From IMG/VR virus record IMGVR_UViG_3300047462_000177: a stretch of 61,857 nucleotides of DNA, one strand, 5' to 3'. Source of the DNA: a virus. How positions within the stretch are numbered: position 1 is the first letter of the stretch; the number at the start of each line of letters is the position of its first letter. Shown piece after piece: positions 8,649-15,470 of this stretch. The translations under genes and the position numbers were made by a program. The notes under the pieces are model-generated. The model did no database searches. It saw only the letters and a program-made list of their open reading frames with translations, and had not been told where the DNA came from.

Positions 8649-9079
8649 TTGAAGAGCCCTCCGTGAAAACTTGCCTGATGGTGTGATGACATCATCAGAG
8701 CCAAGAAGCCCAGAGTCAAGAAAGTACATGCCATGAACACGTAATAGCCTGCACCTTTCTTCCCTGCGCTTTTCTCCGCCTGTTTGATCACCATCCACGT
8801 TACGTCAGCTGCTGGCGTTTTCCACCCGTACTCGTTGGTTGAAAATAACGCCGCCAAGCGTTGTTTCTCCAGCTCTAGTAGTTCTTCCTTGGTATGCTGA
8901 ACATGCGTTCGTCGTACACCGCTAGACTTTGTATGTATCCGGCGTGCATATGTGTTGACGTTCTGTTGGACACTCTGAGCATCGAGCTGTGCCGCGATAG
9001 CCTGCTGCACATGTAAAGGCATCTTAGCTAAGTCAGCTGCTGTTAATGCATTCTTGCCCATGATCAGCTTAGACCCCAT
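8645..9079 (-). CDS. hypothetical protein with a C-terminal TM segment
   Basis: 144-aa ORF with a YYVFMACTFLTLGFLALMM hydrophobic tail. Confidence 0.55.
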   Translation of the reverse strand: MGSKLIMGKNALTAADLAKMPLHVQQAIAAQLDAQSVQQNVNTYARRIHTKSSGVRRTHVQHTKEELLELEKQRLAALFSTNEYGWKTPAADVTWMVIKQAEKSAGKKGAGYYVFMACTFLTLGFLALMMSSHHQASFHGGLFK

Positions 9080-9335
9080 CCTCTTCGATCGTCACTGTGA
9101 TCCTTATTGGCCATGTGCTATCACGCCGAGATAAGGGCATGTGACTCTTCTTGATAGCAAGTATACCTATGACTGCTTCCAGACCGCCTGCCAGCCCACC
9201 TGTCAGCATCATACCATCCCGAACCTCTTCGTACACTACTGAGTCTCTTCGTTCCTGACACAAGATGAACTCAACCTTCAATACATTTGACATCCTGCTA
9301 CTCTTTCTGTAGTTGCTGTGTGAGTTCATGCCCAA
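9069..9335 (-). CDS. hypothetical protein
   Basis: 88-aa ORF; the start is uncertain. Confidence 0.45.
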   Translation of the reverse strand: MGMNSHSNYRKSSRMSNVLKVEFILCQERRDSVVYEEVRDGMMLTGGLAGGLEAVIGILAIKKSHMPLSRRDSTWPIRITVTIEEDGV

Positions 9336-9402
9336 TGCATGTGTAAAGGCTACAAGCTACCATATGCAGCTTGAGCCCTTACAGATGTGTTGGTGGTTAG
9401 TG

Positions 9403-9603
9403 TTAGTCTTTCTTGAACCCTGGTAATCTGTAATACCCACGCAGACCTCGTCTTCGCCTGATACTTGTGCGTATGTAGTGCATGATGACGCTCGTTATGA
9501 ACGCGCTGATGATTATCGCAATCAGCATTGCGCATGCACCCCATAAGAACCAGCTTACTGGTGGATACATAGTGCAGTATGACAAAGATGCTTGTGATTG
9601 CAT
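9403..9603 (-). CDS. small membrane protein
   Basis: A single TM segment (WFLWGACAMLIAIIISAFITSVI) followed by a basic tail. Confidence 0.45.
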   Translation of the reverse strand: MQSQASLSYCTMYPPVSWFLWGACAMLIAIIISAFITSVIMHYIRTSIRRRRGLRGYYRLPGFKKD

Positions 9604-9615
9604 TGCTTTCTCCTT

Positions 9616-9990
9616 CTACCCCTCTAGCATCATCTTGACGAAATTCTGTGCCGTCTCCAGACTCCCAACGTAAATGCAGCCAAGTTGGAATCCGACGTAT
9701 GATGTCTGAATTGGAAATACTTCAGCTGGCCAGAGTATTTTGCCCAGTTTTCTGTGTCCGTAAGGTGCAAGCACTTCTTCACACTGTCTGAAATCCTCTT
9801 TGCCCGAAGGGCCGCGATCATATGAATGCCAGATCGCACCGTCGTTGTAGACTGTAAAGCACTCATCTTCGCATCTATACTGGTCTGACTTGTGATAGAC
9901 CTTCATAGCTGTATCCATAATGACTTTGTGCATTGTTGCCTTCAGATCAAAATCCGCACCGCGAGTGCGAAGGGTTGCTGAGTTCAGCAT
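9616..9990 (-). CDS. hypothetical protein
   Basis: 124-aa ORF. Confidence 0.55.
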   Translation of the reverse strand: MLNSATLRTRGADFDLKATMHKVIMDTAMKVYHKSDQYRCEDECFTVYNDGAIWHSYDRGPSGKEDFRQCEEVLAPYGHRKLGKILWPAEVFPIQTSYVGFQLGCIYVGSLETAQNFVKMMLEG

Positions 9991-9991
9991 G

Positions 9992-10189
9992 TTAGATATC
10001 CTCTTCCCTGTCCTCGTTGTGATCTATCCTGAGCATCTCGATGTGCTTGACGATTTGCTTCAACTTATCGTCTGGTAGCAGCTCCATGAGCTGTGCTGCC
10101 AAATCGTAGGGATCGTTGCCATCGACCAGATATTCTATGATCTTGTCATGTTGCTCATCTGTCAGTGTGTTGAAGTATTTATTCATCAC
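9992..10189 (-). CDS. small highly acidic protein
   Basis: 65 aa and rich in D/E. Promoter at 10222-10251. Confidence 0.5.
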   Translation of the reverse strand: MMNKYFNTLTDEQHDKIIEYLVDGNDPYDLAAQLMELLPDDKLKQIVKHIEMLRIDHNEDREEDI

Positions 10190-10221
10190 GAGCTCCTCTC
10201 CTCTCTGTTTCGTATGGTGTT

Positions 10222-10251
10222 ATTATAGCTGATGACAATCTATAGTCTCAA
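10222..10251 (-). promoter_or_regulatory. sigma70-type promoter (TTGAGA-N18-TATAAT)
   Basis: attata at 10222-10227 and tctcaa at 10246-10251. Confidence 0.55.
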
Positions 10252-10316
10252 TAGGCAAAATAAGGTAAAAAGATGAGCACTTAACTATAGGGGTTAGGTG
10301 CTCATCCCTTAGTTTG

Positions 10317-10853
10317 TTAGCCGTAGATACGCATCTGCGGCTCACACGAGCCTTCGTTGATCGCTATCTCCTCTGGCACCACATTCTGGCTTGTCGCCAT
10401 CTGCTGTACTGGCTGCATCTGCTTCTCTACAGAGTTGCGTGGACGCTTGACCTCCTGCGTGAGCACGTTGCGCACGTGCTGGTAGATGATGCCCAGATGA
10501 TTGGCGATCTGAGCGCGCCGAAAGCCGAGAGAGTTCATGTGACGAATCTTGGCGCTCTTCGTTGGCAGCGTATCGAGATAGGCCTGCAGCTCAGCACTGA
10601 CTGCCGACGCCTTTGGTGCGCTCGTTGTCTTGATTCCCTCGAGATTCGTGACTGCTGCCGCCTGCTGATCGCTTGTCGTGTCGATCTCGCCCCACCCTTC
10701 AGGTATCTTTGCGACGATGTCGCTGACGACGATGCCGTGCTCTTCTGCGTCCGCCATCATCTCGTCGACCAGCGCCTCCTGCTCGACCTCTTTCATGTCG
10801 ACTTTACGCAGATCAACGGTGAGGCCGTTGTCTTTGTGATTGTACTTACCCAC
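10317..10853 (-). CDS. hypothetical protein with a C-terminal HTH-like 'YQHVRNV' domain
   Basis: GTG start with AAGGAGA 7 nt upstream. The C-terminal SAKIRHMNSLGFRRAQIANHLGIIYQHVRNVL is paralogous to 15473..15667. Confidence 0.6.
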   Translation of the reverse strand: MGKYNHKDNGLTVDLRKVDMKEVEQEALVDEMMADAEEHGIVVSDIVAKIPEGWGEIDTTSDQQAAAVTNLEGIKTTSAPKASAVSAELQAYLDTLPTKSAKIRHMNSLGFRRAQIANHLGIIYQHVRNVLTQEVKRPRNSVEKQMQPVQQMATSQNVVPEEIAINEGSCEPQMRIYG

Positions 10854-10931
10854 GGTCTGTCTCCTTGGTTACTGTTAAGCCTATGAGTTATGTGCTCGAG
10901 AGACATCTGTGTTCTTCTCTCTTACATGAGT

Positions 10932-10961
10932 ATAATAGCGGATGACTCTAGAGGGTAGCAA
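10932..10961 (-). promoter_or_regulatory. sigma70-type promoter (TTGCTA-N18-TATTAT)
   Basis: ataata at 10932-10937 and tagcaa at 10956-10961, with a CATCATTTTACC box upstream. Confidence 0.5.
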
Positions 10962-10985
10962 GTGGTAAAATGATGGGCCGCGAAA

Positions 10986-11354
10986 TTAAATTTTGTCGAT
11001 ATTGTGATCTGGTGCGCTCGGGGGATCTTCAAATAGGCCTTTGTGTAATTTGGCTTTGAGCATCCGGAACTGAGTCTCCTTCAAGGACATGATCATATGG
11101 TCGATGTCATTGGTTAGGAGATTCATGATGCAGCCTATGGCATCTAATGCCTTCAGTTGCATATCGGGCGACATATCCTTCAGTTGTTGCTGGGGGTCTG
11201 AGGGAGCTGGTGCGAAGATCACTCTGATCGGCATTCCCAGTGTTCGGGAGTGCTGCTCAATAGCACTCCCGATCTTTTCCAGGAACTGATGTGACTCCTC
11301 ACCTACTCTCATGGCCTGTTGGAGCTCCTCGAACGCGTCACTGTTTGTGGGCAT
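10986..11354 (-). CDS. hypothetical protein
   Basis: The track start at 11381 is a TTG only 5 nt from the -10. The ATG at 11354 (MPTNSDAF) follows AAGGAA. Confidence 0.55.
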   Translation of the reverse strand: MPTNSDAFEELQQAMRVGEESHQFLEKIGSAIEQHSRTLGMPIRVIFAPAPSDPQQQLKDMSPDMQLKALDAIGCIMNLLTNDIDHMIMSLKETQFRMLKAKLHKGLFEDPPSAPDHNIDKI

Positions 11355-11385
11355 CTGTGTTCCTTTGTTTGAGTGCAACAAGATG

Positions 11386-11415
11386 ATTATATAATAGACA
11401 CTAGAAGGTAATCAA
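11386..11415 (-). promoter_or_regulatory. sigma70-type promoter (TTGATT-N18-TATAAT)
   Basis: attata at 11386-11391 and aatcaa at 11410-11415. Confidence 0.55.
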
Positions 11416-11464
11416 GTGTCCAAATGATGTGCGCTCAAGATTCTCTTTTTTGAGATTCGCCCCG

Positions 11465-11498
11465 TTGACGGGGGCACGAGTAAGCGCGAAGCGCTTGG
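11465..11498. repeat. GC-rich dispersed repeat family 2, copy F
   Basis: ttgacgggggcacgagtaagcgcgaagcgcttgg is close to the reverse complement of 42842-42876. Confidence 0.8.
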
Positions 11499-11540
11499 TC
11501 GGTTAAGACCTACCTGTTGTCACTTTGTCTTGGCCCTGCC

Positions 11541-12293
11541 TCAGTCAGCGCGCCCGGGCTTATCCTCTTTTGTTGGGCTTTGTGTGCCCTTTGGGCTTTG
11601 TGTGCCCTTTGGTTTATTTTCTATGCCTAGGATCTGTTCGTCGGTGAGGTCTGGCAAAGGGGCGAATGTGTCTGCGCTTTGCCTTTGCTGCTGGCGATAT
11701 GTGTTGATAAGGAGCAAATGGCTTGGAGACCATTTGCTCTCGTGACCAATGACCGTGCTAGGCTGATATATGGCGTTGTTCACTGTAGTGACTGGGATGT
11801 CTAAATCGTCGGCTATTTGGGAGGCTGGTGTTTTTTGTTTGCGACGACGTAGGATATCGTCAACCGCCTCTTTTTGGCGCTTGATTGGGATGTCCCAGTA
11901 AAGGTTGTCGATATGGCCGTTAGAGGGGTCATTGTCACGGTGCTTACAATACAGTTGGTTGGTTATGGCGTATTGGGTTTCGTCTTTGGGGCCGAACAGC
12001 ATGAGGATTGTACGGTCCCGCTGCATATTGTTTTGTCTGATGCCGTCTTTGTCTATGATGGGTATGACATAGTTCAATTTGCCTAATGGCGTTGTGCCTA
12101 AGAGCTCGTAGCCGCTTGGTAATGGGCGCATGTCCACGAACCAACCACCATCGCAAACAAGGTAGCAGCCCAACAGAGATGGGTCTGGGAGGTCTCTGTA
12201 GTTAAAGCCAAGACGCTTAAATGGCCAAGTGAGATGGGTCATAATCTCGCCGTTGTTGCTGCGGCGCTGTGAGTAGTCCCGTTTCTTTGTCAT
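11541..12293 (-). CDS. HNH-family homing-endonuclease-like protein with a C-terminal HTH
   Basis: CKHRDNDPSNGHIDNLYW is an HNH_3-type block, followed by TPASQIADDLDIPVTTVNNAIY. The C-terminal PKGTQSPKGTQSP is encoded by an 18-mer x2 repeat at 11575-11612. Confidence 0.6.
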   Translation of the reverse strand: MTKKRDYSQRRSNNGEIMTHLTWPFKRLGFNYRDLPDPSLLGCYLVCDGGWFVDMRPLPSGYELLGTTPLGKLNYVIPIIDKDGIRQNNMQRDRTILMLFGPKDETQYAITNQLYCKHRDNDPSNGHIDNLYWDIPIKRQKEAVDDILRRRKQKTPASQIADDLDIPVTTVNNAIYQPSTVIGHESKWSPSHLLLINTYRQQQRQSADTFAPLPDLTDEQILGIENKPKGTQSPKGTQSPTKEDKPGRAD

Positions 12294-12322
12294 GGTGTGT
12301 GGTGTGTGTGTGGTGTGTGTGC
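12291..12322. repeat. GT-rich microsatellite filling the whole 32-nt intergenic gap
   Basis: ggtgtgtggtgtgtgtgtggtgtgtgtgctgg. Confidence 0.85.
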
Positions 12323-12325
12323 TGG

Positions 12326-13504
12326 TCAGAGCATCTGCAGGTTGAAGTAATTGAAGGGTTTGTTAGGGATGTCGTTCCCGTTTTCGTCCCAAGGGATGGA
12401 GATACGTTCGTAGTAGTTGTCGCGAGGGCTTGGGTTGTCAATGTCTTGGAGCCTCTGTTTTTGGAGGAATTCATGGAAGGGCATTGTGCTTGTGTAGGCT
12501 TTGTACGCATTCTGGTAGAGCACTGTATCTGACTCGATCGTGATGTACAGCTCTAAGCGACGTCGGTGTGCTCTTTTCTGGTTTGGGTCTTGTTGTGCTT
12601 GATTGTCGTGCTGAGTTATTGGGAGAGCGCGATACGTGCTCATAAGCTGTTGGATCTTTGGATAGTTTTGCTGTAGATGGTCAAAAATGCGGTAGTAACC
12701 TAAGTGAGGTCTTGGCGAGATGCGGATGATGTCCATCATGATGCCAATGTTTACTTCGGAGTATGACATATTCGGGAATTCGTCGGAGCTTTCCAATTGG
12801 TTTGCACGTTGGTTGGTGTAGGGTTCGATCAATGAGCTCACTTTTGAGGGATCGTCGTAATTACCTTCTTGCCATGCCTCTGCAATGGATTTGTAGGGAG
12901 TCCTGTACTCTTCGCTGCTGTGAGGCTCGGTGTATAGACCACCTGGGATGATGTAGGTTTGGTTAAAGTAGTTGGTTAGATTGCCTGTTGTGGCGATGTA
13001 TATGATTTCCTTGCATATCTTACCAGGAATACCGAAGTGACGTGCGATTTGAGCTAACGGGACGCCATGTGTGGTGTGTGCCGTAGCAATCTCGAAGGCT
13101 GTATCGTGTTGGATACCCTGTAAAGGGTCGTTCCAGCTCAAATTTTCCAGGTTACAGAGTTTGAACCTGTCGCTTACCTTGTAGCTCACATGGCATTTTA
13201 CCATAGGTGGACCACGAAATGTGGTTAGGATGACACGCGCTAAGGGGACTTGTTTTGAGTCTATGGAAACTATCCGGTACCCACCGTGGTTTATTGTAGG
13301 TTTGACGCGTCGTGTCTGGTCGTCTCTGAATAGTTGGCTGTCTCGCAGGACCTCACCATCAGTTGAAGCCCAGTATGGCAAAGTGGTGTCAGGTATCTTG
13401 GCATACAGTAAGGGGTGTTTGGGATCTCGCTGCTTCTCCAGTTCTGCTCTGGTAGGGTAACCCGGTCCAACGGTGGGATCCGTATTGCTGTACATATAGG
13501 GCAT
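12326..13504 (-). CDS. NUMOD4/HNH-like homing-endonuclease-like protein
   Basis: YWASTDGEVLR..HGGYRIVSI (NUMOD4-like), CHVSYKVSDRFKLCNLENLSW (HNH_3-like) and VPLAQIARHFGIPGKICKEIIY (HTH). Confidence 0.55.
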   Translation of the reverse strand: MPYMYSNTDPTVGPGYPTRAELEKQRDPKHPLLYAKIPDTTLPYWASTDGEVLRDSQLFRDDQTRRVKPTINHGGYRIVSIDSKQVPLARVILTTFRGPPMVKCHVSYKVSDRFKLCNLENLSWNDPLQGIQHDTAFEIATAHTTHGVPLAQIARHFGIPGKICKEIIYIATTGNLTNYFNQTYIIPGGLYTEPHSSEEYRTPYKSIAEAWQEGNYDDPSKVSSLIEPYTNQRANQLESSDEFPNMSYSEVNIGIMMDIIRISPRPHLGYYRIFDHLQQNYPKIQQLMSTYRALPITQHDNQAQQDPNQKRAHRRRLELYITIESDTVLYQNAYKAYTSTMPFHEFLQKQRLQDIDNPSPRDNYYERISIPWDENGNDIPNKPFNYFNLQML

Positions 13505-13517
13505 TTGATTTAGGGCT

Positions 13518-13543
13518 CTGTTGCTGTTGCTGTTGCTGTTGCT
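13518..13543. repeat. tandem hexamer (ctgttg)x4 in the 5' leader of 12326..13504
   Basis: Read directly from the sequence. Confidence 0.9.
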
Positions 13544-13551
13544 ACAAGATG

Positions 13552-13580
13552 ATTATATAGGAGACTTTTGGGGCAATCAA
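13552..13580 (-). promoter_or_regulatory. sigma70-type promoter (TTGATT-N17-TATAAT)
   Basis: attata at 13552-13557 and aatcaa at 13575-13580, with a CATTTTGAC box upstream. Confidence 0.55.
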
Positions 13581-13798
13581 TAGTCAAAATGATAGTCGGG
13601 CCTAAAATTTTGTACATGATGAAGAAAAGAAATGTTTGTTTAGAACGGTTTGTGTGTTACTCTGCTTTGCGCTGCTATGCGCTGCTCTGCTCTGCTTTGC
13701 TATGCTTTGCTTTTAGTTTATACAAGTTTATGGATTGTTCTACTTTGTTCTACTTTGTTTGAGTAGAAAAAGGGTTACAAATTATGGTAAAACTGAGA

Positions 13799-14004
13799 CA
13801 ACAAGATGTTAAAATGAATAGCCTTTGCCTAAATTTGGCAATAATCAAAACTGTGATATCGCCCTCATTTTGGATGTAGTTCTTACCTCAATTTGGATGT
13901 AGGTTTTAAGTCCACATCCTCAATTTGGATTTAGTTCCTACCCTCAATTTTTTCGGCCAACAGTGCAGGGTAGGTAGTAGGATATAAATTTTAACATCTT
14001 GTTG
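13799..14004. repeat. perfect 17-bp inverted repeat (13799-13815 / 13988-14004) bracketing 3.5 iterons
   Basis: caacaagatgttaaaat pairs with attttaacatcttgttg. Iterons cctcaWtttggatKtag lie at 13863-13879, 13886-13902 and 13918-13934, with a partial copy at 13942-13950. The context is AT-rich. Confidence 0.85.
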
Positions 14005-14095
14005 AGCATGTTTGCTCAAAATCGATAACCCTTTTTTTTGACTACACATGTAATACAATGTAAAACAATGTGCTCACGGGCCTACACTTTGTATA

Positions 14096-14135
14096 CAAAC
14101 CGTTCCAAACCGTTCCAAACCGTTCCAAACAGTTC
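14096..14135. repeat. tandem 10-mer (caaaccgttc)x4
   Basis: Read directly. The last unit has one mismatch and abuts the first GGACTAGTCC. Confidence 0.9.
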
Positions 14136-14325
14136 GGACTAGTCCCCGACCGGCCCCTGTTCGGACTAGTCCAGACAGGTCCGAGCTGCGTTGGACCGAT
14201 TTAGTTTCACCGCAACCGGCCGCCCGCCAATAACAGTGTGGCAGGGCAGAGACCAGCCGGTTGGACCAGACGGACCAGACGGACCAGTCCAGACAGGGCC
14301 TTGGCCTTGGCCTTGGGACTAGTCC
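14136..14325. promoter_or_regulatory. GGACTAGTCC palindrome cluster I (3 perfect copies)
   Basis: Copies at 14136-14145, 14163-14172 and 14316-14325. Tandem arrays (ggaccagac)x3 at 14263-14289 and (ggcctt)x3 at 14297-14316 lie between them. Confidence 0.7.
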
Positions 14326-14411
14326 TAACATGGCACAGCCTATCAGACTCCTCTCATTGGACCAGTCGATCAGACTCTTTGGCATAATGGACCGGCCTAC
14401 CTCTTGCTCCA

Positions 14412-14474
14412 CAACAAAGGCGACAAAGTCAACAAAGTCAACAAAGGCGACAAAGTCAACAAAGTCAACAAAGT
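14412..14474. repeat. tandem 9-mer array x7 (caacaaagK / cgacaaagt) with 27-nt higher-order periodicity
   Basis: Read directly. An inverted partial copy cgcctttgttg lies at 14491-14501. Confidence 0.9.
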
Positions 14475-14728
14475 CAATTGCTGACCAAGTCGCCTTTGTT
14501 GTGCTCTGCCAGATGCATTGCAGTCTTACTCAACGAATCAGCTGCCCGACAGAGGAAGTATGGTAAATTGACCTCCGATGACACGAAGGTAGCCATTGCA
14601 CTGTAGTACCGTGACAGAACCGGATAGGCCCACACATCTGGCTCATTCGAAGTAACCTGATGTCTGTTCATAACTCCTGACCCCTGACCCCTGACCCCTG
14701 TTAAATGGTGCAGATCTCTCTTCTGCAT
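14474..14728 (-). CDS. questionable 84-aa ORF, possibly leaderless
   Basis: Its ATG at 14728 lies 6 nt after the -10 of promoter 14735-14764. The N-terminus is encoded by (ctgaccc)x3 at 14677-14700. No similarity was recognised. Confidence 0.3.
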   Translation of the reverse strand: MQKRDLHHLTGVRGQGSGVMNRHQVTSNEPDVWAYPVLSRYYSAMATFVSSEVNLPYFLCRAADSLSKTAMHLAEHNKGDLVSN

Positions 14729-14734
14729 ATCTAT

Positions 14735-14764
14735 ATTATATCATAGGACTATAGAGAAAATCAA
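14735..14764 (-). promoter_or_regulatory. sigma70-type promoter (TTGATT-N18-TATAAT) inside the coding-poor island
   Basis: attata at 14735-14740 and aatcaa at 14759-14764. Confidence 0.55.
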
Positions 14765-14807
14765 GATTCTTCTTGAGGTCAAATCATTAATAATTGTTAA
14801 TGTGAAC

Positions 14808-15026
14808 GGACTAGCCCAACGGACCGCTCCTCTCTCGGCTTCGCTCACCTACGACCGACCTCCCGCCAAAGGTGTTCAGGACCGACGGACTAGTCCTGCC
14901 TAGGCCAGACCTACTAGGCCAGACTGACTAGTCCGGACCTAATAGTTAGTACGGTCCGCCCGCAGGGACTAGTCCTGACAGGTCCGCGGCAATTGTCCTG
15001 CCTGGTCCCCGGTCCTGCCTGGTCCC
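14808..15026. promoter_or_regulatory. GGACTAGTCC palindrome cluster II (2 perfect and 2 one-mismatch copies) plus direct repeats
   Basis: Copies at 14808-14817 (1 mismatch), 14887-14896, 14925-14934 (1 mismatch) and 14966-14975. taggccagac x2 at 14901-14910 and 14915-14924. gtcctgcctggtccc x2 at 14995-15009 and 15012-15026. Confidence 0.7.
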
Positions 15027-15040
15027 TTAGGCGCATAAGA

Positions 15041-15062
15041 AAGGGCCCAGAAATGGACCCTT
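15041..15062 (-). terminator. intrinsic terminator candidate ending the HTH / small-TM transcript
   Basis: The minus strand reads AAGGGTCC-ATTTCT-GGGCCCTT (8 bp including one G.U), followed by TCTTAT. Confidence 0.5.
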
Positions 15063-15246
15063 CCTAGATGGACTAATCAATATACCCCGTGGTATAACCT
15101 ATTCTGACCTATTTTGTACCTGTGAGGTATTACCTCCCGACCTTCTACTTTAATGTGAACGTGAATGACCCGCGATAACGCACTGTTGATCATCCGTACG
15201 ACACATTCGTTGTCCTCATAGATGACCGCACCGTAAATAAGCTCAA

Positions 15247-15393
15247 TCACGACATCACCACAACCGCTATTGTTGCAACCAGAGCGATGACAACTGCGAG
15301 CACGACCGCCTGAGGCATCAGACCGACGTAATTGTCAATCGCGCTGACAAACGTATTGACCGGCGTTTCGAGTTGACCGTGTAAGCCATTCAT
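15247..15393 (-). CDS. 48-aa small membrane protein
   Basis: Hand translation gives MNGLHGQLETPVNTFVSAIDNYVGLMPQAVVLAVVIALVATIAVVVMS. GAGAG lies 7 nt upstream. It is below the track threshold. Confidence 0.4.
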   Translation of the reverse strand: MNGLHGQLETPVNTFVSAIDNYVGLMPQAVVLAVVIALVATIAVVVMS

Positions 15394-15420
15394 TGCTTTG
15401 CTCTCTGTCAGAGTTGATCT

Positions 15421-15470
15421 TTAGCTTAGCTTAGCTCAGCTTAGCTTAGCTGAGCTTAGCTTAGCTTAGC
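15421..15470. repeat. pentanucleotide array (ttagc)x10
   Basis: Lies directly after the stop of 15473..15667. Units 4 and 7 are tcagc and tgagc. Confidence 0.9.

Noticed and set aside
10931-10936. A plus-strand TATAAT at 10931-10936 as a rightward promoter.
   Set aside because: There is no plus-strand gene downstream and no matching -35. The same bases form the TATTAT -10 of a minus-strand family promoter with correct spacing to TTGCTA.
13568-13762. Track ORF 13568..13762 (+) as a gene.
   Set aside because: It starts inside a minus-strand promoter, is encoded by low-complexity ctgct/ttgc repeats, and lies on the strand opposite all neighbouring genes.
14074-14566. Track ORFs 14074..14412 (-) and 14261..14566 (+) as genes.
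   Set aside because: Their translations are runs of repeat-encoded peptides (WSVWSVWS, PRPRPRP, TDQTDQTDQ, GLGLGLG, TKATKSTKSTK). They overlap each other on opposite strands and lack SD sequences.
13518-15470. Possible CRISPR array, given the many short direct repeats in a non-coding region.
   Set aside because: The repeats are head-to-tail microsatellite-type arrays of 5-10-nt units with no unique spacers of 25-40 nt between them. No cas genes accompany them apart from a Cas4-like recombination nuclease 40 kb away.
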